The notes below the pieces were generated by a model, which saw nothing but the letters and a program-made list of their open reading frames with translations, searched no databases and had not been told where the DNA came from. DNA of 64,000 bases from Octopus vulgaris (lineage: Eukaryota). The position numbers and the translations under genes are program-made. Below, piece by piece: positions 58,758 to 64,000 of this stretch. How positions within the stretch are numbered: the first letter of the stretch is position 1; every line of letters begins with the position of its first letter. The stretch is taken from contig OX597825.1 in NCBI GenBank assembly GCA_951406725.2, forward strand, positions 8,060,001-8,124,000, read 5' to 3'.

Positions 58758-59591
58758 GCCCGTTATTCCTTCGTGCTCGTACATCATATCAATGTAATAT
58801 TGCTCTTCAAACGATTGGAATTTTCTCGTAGAATTGATTGGTTTTACTCGAAAGTGAAAGTAAGCGACAAAACATATGAGGAGAGAGAAGAACAAATCCT
58901 TTTGCCATACGGAATTTATAAGTATTCATATTCAAAGATCAAACGCTGTTGTTTCGACGAATGATAGAATATGTACTAATCTAATTGTCGCGAAGATGTA
59001 TTTGAATATATCGTATGTAGAAAATGTTCATAAAAGAATGGCAGGTTTGTATTAAAAACTCGTTCTCTTTTCTAAGATTACACTATTTCCATTTCAAATT
59101 TTCATATTTTGGCCCAAATATATGCACAAATTAAGTTTGCACATCTTTGATAGGAGGAAAATAAATAAAATCAGTTAAATTCAATAACAAAATCCAGAAA
59201 TTTGTAATATGTTTAATAAGTAATAATTAGCAAATGAGTGAAATAATTCTGGTTTCTTTGAACGTGGTTATTAGCTAATTGGATAATTGCTCACGTACGT
59301 ATATTTGTATACTCACGCACATGCACATAAACACACGCACACAAATATATATAAAGACATATATATATATATATACATATATACATATATACTTGTAAAT
59401 TTGTGTGTTTATGTAATTATATTCCCATAAGTTTTATACGTGTATATATATATATTTTTATGTCAATACATCTCAACACTTCTAAGCAAGCTTTGCTTGT
59501 GGTCTTTCAAAGTAAGTTGAATTTAACGTACGATAGCATCTTATAAAGCTAGATTTATAAATCCCAAATTTGCAGAGGAATCTGTCATTGG

Positions 59592-59663
59592 AGCAGTTTA
59601 GCTTAATGGTAAACCACTTGACACGTAATCACAGAGACATGAGCTTGGGTCTCATGGCTGGCC
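59592..59663 (+). pseudogene. Decayed tRNA gene, Thr(CGT)-like
   Basis: 72-nt cloverleaf remnant: TAGCTTAATGGTAAA, CTTGA-CACGTAA-TCACA, ATGAG-CTTGGGT-CTCAT. T5 at 59672-59676. The T loop and U33 are mutated. Confidence 0.6.
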
Positions 59664-59940
59664 GCCTACAGTTTTTGTCTGCAAAATATGGATAGTTTAT
59701 GCCGTTCATGCTATATTATTTGCATTACCATGCGTCTGAGAATAAAATTTCCTTGTCTATATCTTTCAAGGCTTCGAAATAAAAAAAATCTTTTGACTTT
59801 CAAGGTAAGTTGAATTTAATAAATATATCTCGGATGAAAATATTTCTTCCATTTAATTTTCCAAAGTTTTTTCTTATTATACTTTATTTAAGGGATCCTT
59901 TCATTTCTGTATAAATATATATAAATAGAAAACATCAGCA

Positions 59941-60338
59941 GAATCAAGTTTTGATGCTTATATGGATTATTCATTTAATTTAACCAGACAGCTGTTTCTG
60001 ACGCAAAACACCATATTTCGGGTATACAATTGAATAATAGGTATTTTAACAAAAGTAATATGCATTATTATATTAAGTCATTAGGATCTCATCAGTGGAT
60101 AATAATTAAATGTTTTAATATCTAAAATTAGCACCTTTAGTTTTAATCTTTGTGATCGTTTTAAATATTTAATTATTATCCACTGATGAGTTCCAATTTA
60201 CTTAATATAATAATATTTATTACTTTGGTTGAAGTCCCTATTCTTCAATTGTTTACCAGTAATATGGTCTTTTGTGACAGAAACGGCTGTCTGGTTACAT
60301 CAAATAAACAATCCATATTAGCACCAAAACCTGTTCCA
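59941..60338. mobile_element. Inverted pair of about 175-bp arms, each with a hammerhead-like motif (Penelope pLTR-like)
   Basis: Arms at about 59941-60117 and 60161-60338; each reads ATCCA-CTGATGAG...AGAAAC(A/G)GCTGTC-TGGTT. Confidence 0.75.
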
Positions 60339-60374
60339 TTTATTTGATGACATTTCTTGAACTCTGTCTAATAA

Positions 60375-60430
60375 ATTGAGCTCACAACCTTATGATTGCA
60401 ATGCAGATTCTCTAACCACCGAGTCATGTG
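60375..60430 (-). mobile_element. tRNA-like SINE head fragment
   Basis: Reverse complement CATGACTCGGTGGTTAGAGAATCTGC..GTGAGCTCAATT. Confidence 0.5.
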
Positions 60431-60557
60431 TATTCATCTATTTGTATTCATATATATATATATATTTATACTCATACACACACACATGCACAGACACACA
60501 CATACACACACGCACACACACACACACATACACACACATATATATATATATATACAT

Positions 60558-60742
60558 TCACTATGATAGATCACTAGCCACTACACATTCTTTATTTTCT
60601 TTCCTTGTTTCTTTCTGTGATCCTTTCTATGGAAGAGCGGAGGCTCGAAACGTTAAAGATGTTCTCACTTCCCGAGCGTTAAACCAATACATCTGTTGGT
60701 TGTCTACACCACCTACCTTTGTCTTTTTTTTGTGACTTCTCC

Positions 60743-60747
<5 letters not shown>
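60558..60747 (+). mobile_element. About 200-bp hammerhead-like element, copy A, between (TA)n tracts
   Basis: CTTT-CTATGGAA-GAGC-GGAG-GCTC-GAAA-CGTT-AAAG at 60623-60658. Confidence 0.8.
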
Positions 60748-60784
<37 letters not shown>

Positions 60785-61204
60785 AATACATATATATATA
60801 ACCACTCACACACACAGACACATAAACATATATATATATATATATGTATATGTGTTTGTGTGTGTCCCCAAAATAACGATCTTGTTCCTATGTTAAAAAG
60901 TAATATTCTGTCATATATTTGCATTTTTACGTGTAAACTGGTTTATGTCAGCAAGATGTAAATCCTGGAAGTATTCCATGTCTGAATAATGTGTTTTTGT
61001 TATTAATACTATACCAATAAATGCTGACAATGTCAGTCGTCACGTTCACTTTACCCCTTTTTTGTACTTTTATGTAACCCTACGTCTCGCTGCTTTTGCA
61101 TATTGAACACACACACACTCACAGATACACACATGCACACAAACACACACACACACACACACACGCACACTCACACACACACTATATACATGTATATATA
61201 TATA

Positions 61205-61243
<39 letters not shown>

Positions 61244-61399
61244 GCTATATATATATATATACATATATATAGTGTGTGTGTGAGTGTATGCGTACATTTA
61301 TATATCCTTCCCTGAAATGCATATCTTGTCAAGTTCTTTGTTGTTTTTCTACAATTTCTTCTTCTCATGTTTATTTTTCTGCATTTCTTTGTTTGGCCA

Positions 61400-61700
61400 A
61401 TGGAGCTCTGTTCCACCGGACTGTTATTACTGTAGTTTATTGCCTGAACAAGACAGATCCGTTACTGTGATCTTTTATACCACTATTTGGTTGGTTGACT
61501 TACTATTCTTCGGATGTATTATTAATATATTTCGCCAGACGTCCAGAATTCCTTGTATCTATGCAAACTTTGTCTCAAATTATCTTGCACCAGGGACAAT
61601 TCTCGTGCTAGAAACATCTATGAAGTCTGCCCTAATTACGTCCTACTCTTTTGGGAAAAGAAAGGTTGTTTTACACAAAGAAATTTTACTTCCTGTCAAA
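61400..61700 (-). mobile_element. Possible degenerate LINE AP-endonuclease remnant (L1/Tx1-like)
   Basis: Minus strand DVIRADFID...GILDVWRNILIIHP resembles IIGGDFN...LIDVWR..HP. Confidence 0.35.
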
Positions 61701-61854
61701 GAGAATGAATAGCCATGGCTGAAAAGATTATAAGATCAACATAATCAGATTTAAGTGGGTGCTAAACAGTAATAGCATCGCCTGGTATGAGATCATTTAA
61801 TCAACTACATAGTGTAACCAAATGTATTTTAAATCATTCTGTATACCCTATGTG

Positions 61855-62160
61855 AAGGAGCATGGTTCAGTGGTTAGAGCGTCAGGCTCACAAAGACAAG
61901 GTTGCGTGTTCAATTCCCGGATGAGGCTGTGTGTTGTGTTATTGAGTAATACACTTTATTTTACGTTAATCTAGTTCACTCTGTAGAAATGAGTTGCGAT
62001 GTCACTAGTGCCATGCTGTATCGGCCTTTGCCATTCCCTTGTATAACATCGGTGGTATGGACAGGGCAGGCGGGAATGCATTGCCCAGACTTGTGCCTTC
62101 GAAGATAACTTTCTAGGTGCAATCCCATGGTCATTCATGACCGAAGTGAGGCATTATCCA
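61855..62160 (+). mobile_element. SINE family C (tRNA head plus conserved central domain)
   Basis: TGGTTCAGTGGTTAGAGCG A box, GTTCAATTCC B box, and TGTGTTATTGAGTAATACACTTTA domain. Confidence 0.65.
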
Positions 62161-62399
62161 CTTCTTTACTACTATATGAAATAATGCGGCCAAGCCTGAA
62201 ATGAATTACATTTTAAAGACTGTATGGTCACAGCTAGTCTATATTTGATAATAGATGTGCTCAACCAGGACTGATTGGGACTAAAGGCAAAAGCATTTTA
62301 AGTTGTTGAAGTCGTTTTACATACATGTTTATTTCTTCTATCCATCTGTTCAGATCTTTGGGGATAATTCCCAATAAAAATCTGAACTCATATTCCACT

Positions 62400-62495
62400 G
62401 AAGTGGGTTTTGTCTTTTGTCATTTCGTGTCAGTAATTAATTACCAGTTGAGTACCGGGATCGATGTAAACGATTTATCTCTCCCACGAAATTTG
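62400..62495 (+). mobile_element. Degenerate SINE family B domain
   Basis: TAATTACCAGTTGAGTACCGGGATCGATGTAAACGA. Confidence 0.45.
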
Positions 62496-62689
62496 AAACC
62501 ATTATTTTTTTCCTCTTTCAATTATCTCCCTTTCTTGCAGAGTGTCTTCCCGACACGTAGGCCAACGAAACTCACTGTATATTTTGATTAGCCATTAAAA
62601 TAAACACACCAGATTGTTTATTTACAAAATCAAAAAAAGTCATATGAAAATATAATAAATAATTGTACACACAGATAGAGGTATACATA

Positions 62690-62862
62690 CAGGTACACAC
62701 AACAGACACGGACACACGCAAACACACGCACATGCACGCTCACATGTATATACGACGGTCTTCTTTCAGTTTCCCCTCTACCAAATTGACCCACAGTGAT
62801 TTGATCAGCCACGGACAATATGTTTGTGAAGCAATCTTCATCCCACACAGCCACACAGTTGC
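62690..62862 (-). mobile_element. Degenerate SINE family A, 5' part
   Basis: ACGACGGTCTTCTTTCAGTTTCC..CCACACAGCCAC. Confidence 0.65.
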
Positions 62863-62887
62863 GCATGTATGTATGTATGTATGTATG

Positions 62888-62936
<49 letters not shown>

Positions 62937-62958
62937 ATATATATATATATATATATAA

Positions 62959-63265
62959 TTGAGTAGTTGAATGAATTATCTTATTATGGATAATTCGGTT
63001 AACCGATACCTGGGTAGCAAATTCACGTCAGAAAAACACGGTTGAAGCTACATGCCTAGGGCAGAGATCACGTGCTATCGTGTGGAAATTTGTGTGCTTT
63101 TTTAAATACAAATAAATAAAAGAATGGAGTTGAACGACGAATTAACAAAATTCCTTTATTTTATTTTCGACATATACTAGGAATTAGGAATATGCAGCCT
63201 TCGAAATATATGTCGAAAATAAAATAAAGGAATTGTGTTAATTCGTCGTTCAACTCCATTCTTTC

Positions 63266-63270
<5 letters not shown>
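62959..63270. mobile_element. (TA)n-embedded foldback element, copy 2, with palindrome centre deleted
   Basis: Homologous to 4287-4650 in the same orientation. Confidence 0.85.
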
Positions 63271-63330
<60 letters not shown>

Positions 63331-64000
63331 AGAGAGAGAGAGAGAGAGATAAAGAGAGAAGGAAAGAAAGAGAGAAGGAGAGACAGACAGACACGGAAAG
63401 AGAGAGAGAATAGGAAGGGATTACTTACTGCCTAAGAGCAGTAATTGGTAATCCGTTGGAATCCCAAGTTCACAACAGAGTCTGGAGCTCGGTGATCCGT
63501 AGCAAACTTCTAATTATTTACTCCATAATTTTCCTTACTTCGATTCATCTTTCCATTAATTGAAATATTTCAAATGATCTGATAAGGTTTCCTGCCTTCG
63601 TTTTATTACCTTCATATATATTTTCGTAGTTTCATCTTAGATCTGTGCCCATGCTGGAGCACCACCGTTTTGCTACACTGTTTTTACTGAGAGCCTCCTC
63701 TAATATGTGGCAACTGATGAAGAATGCAGTTTGATGTAGCTACCCTCATTTGCACATGTTGCCCTGAGGTGGGTTCATCAGGGACTCTCGAGAGGAGTCG
63801 AGAGGTTCAGCCTTGATTTAAAAATGCATACATCCACTTTGTGCAGTTTCCTCAGGCTCTTTGGGAGAATATTAAAAAGCTGTGGGCTTTTACATATATA
63901 TACATACATGTGTATTGGAGTGTTTGTGTTCAATCCTCACGATGGAAATGGGAGTTGATAATTCTATAAATAATAGTGTACGTATCGCGTTATGAAAATG

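Overview
AT-rich, gene-poor eukaryotic DNA, inferred to be octopod cephalopod (Octopus-like) from its SINE families and extreme microsatellite load. I found no intact protein-coding gene, and nearly all ORFs in the track are microsatellite read-throughs. The window is a patchwork of mobile DNA: about 12 copies of a tRNA-headed CORE-like SINE with an internal (TA)n(TG)n tract, about 8 copies of a Nin/Deu-domain SINE, a CR1-group LINE inside (TA)n, two R4/Dong-like fragments in (TAA)n, two Penelope-like remnants, an Hsmar1-like mariner, a Ty3/gypsy pol remnant and a decayed tRNA gene. Four unexplained structures stand out. (1) Several unrelated short non-coding elements, mostly in or beside (TA)n, carry type I hammerhead-ribozyme-like folds, including a 3-copy family with a variant core and an inverted pair with a very long stem II region. 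(2) The 3' half of U6 snRNA is fused to a CR1-like LINE 3' end. (3) A 2-copy (TA)n-inserted foldback element has arms that co-vary within each copy. (4) One SINE is flanked by a direct repeat of about 113 bp. All family assignments come from motif recognition by eye, not from database searches.
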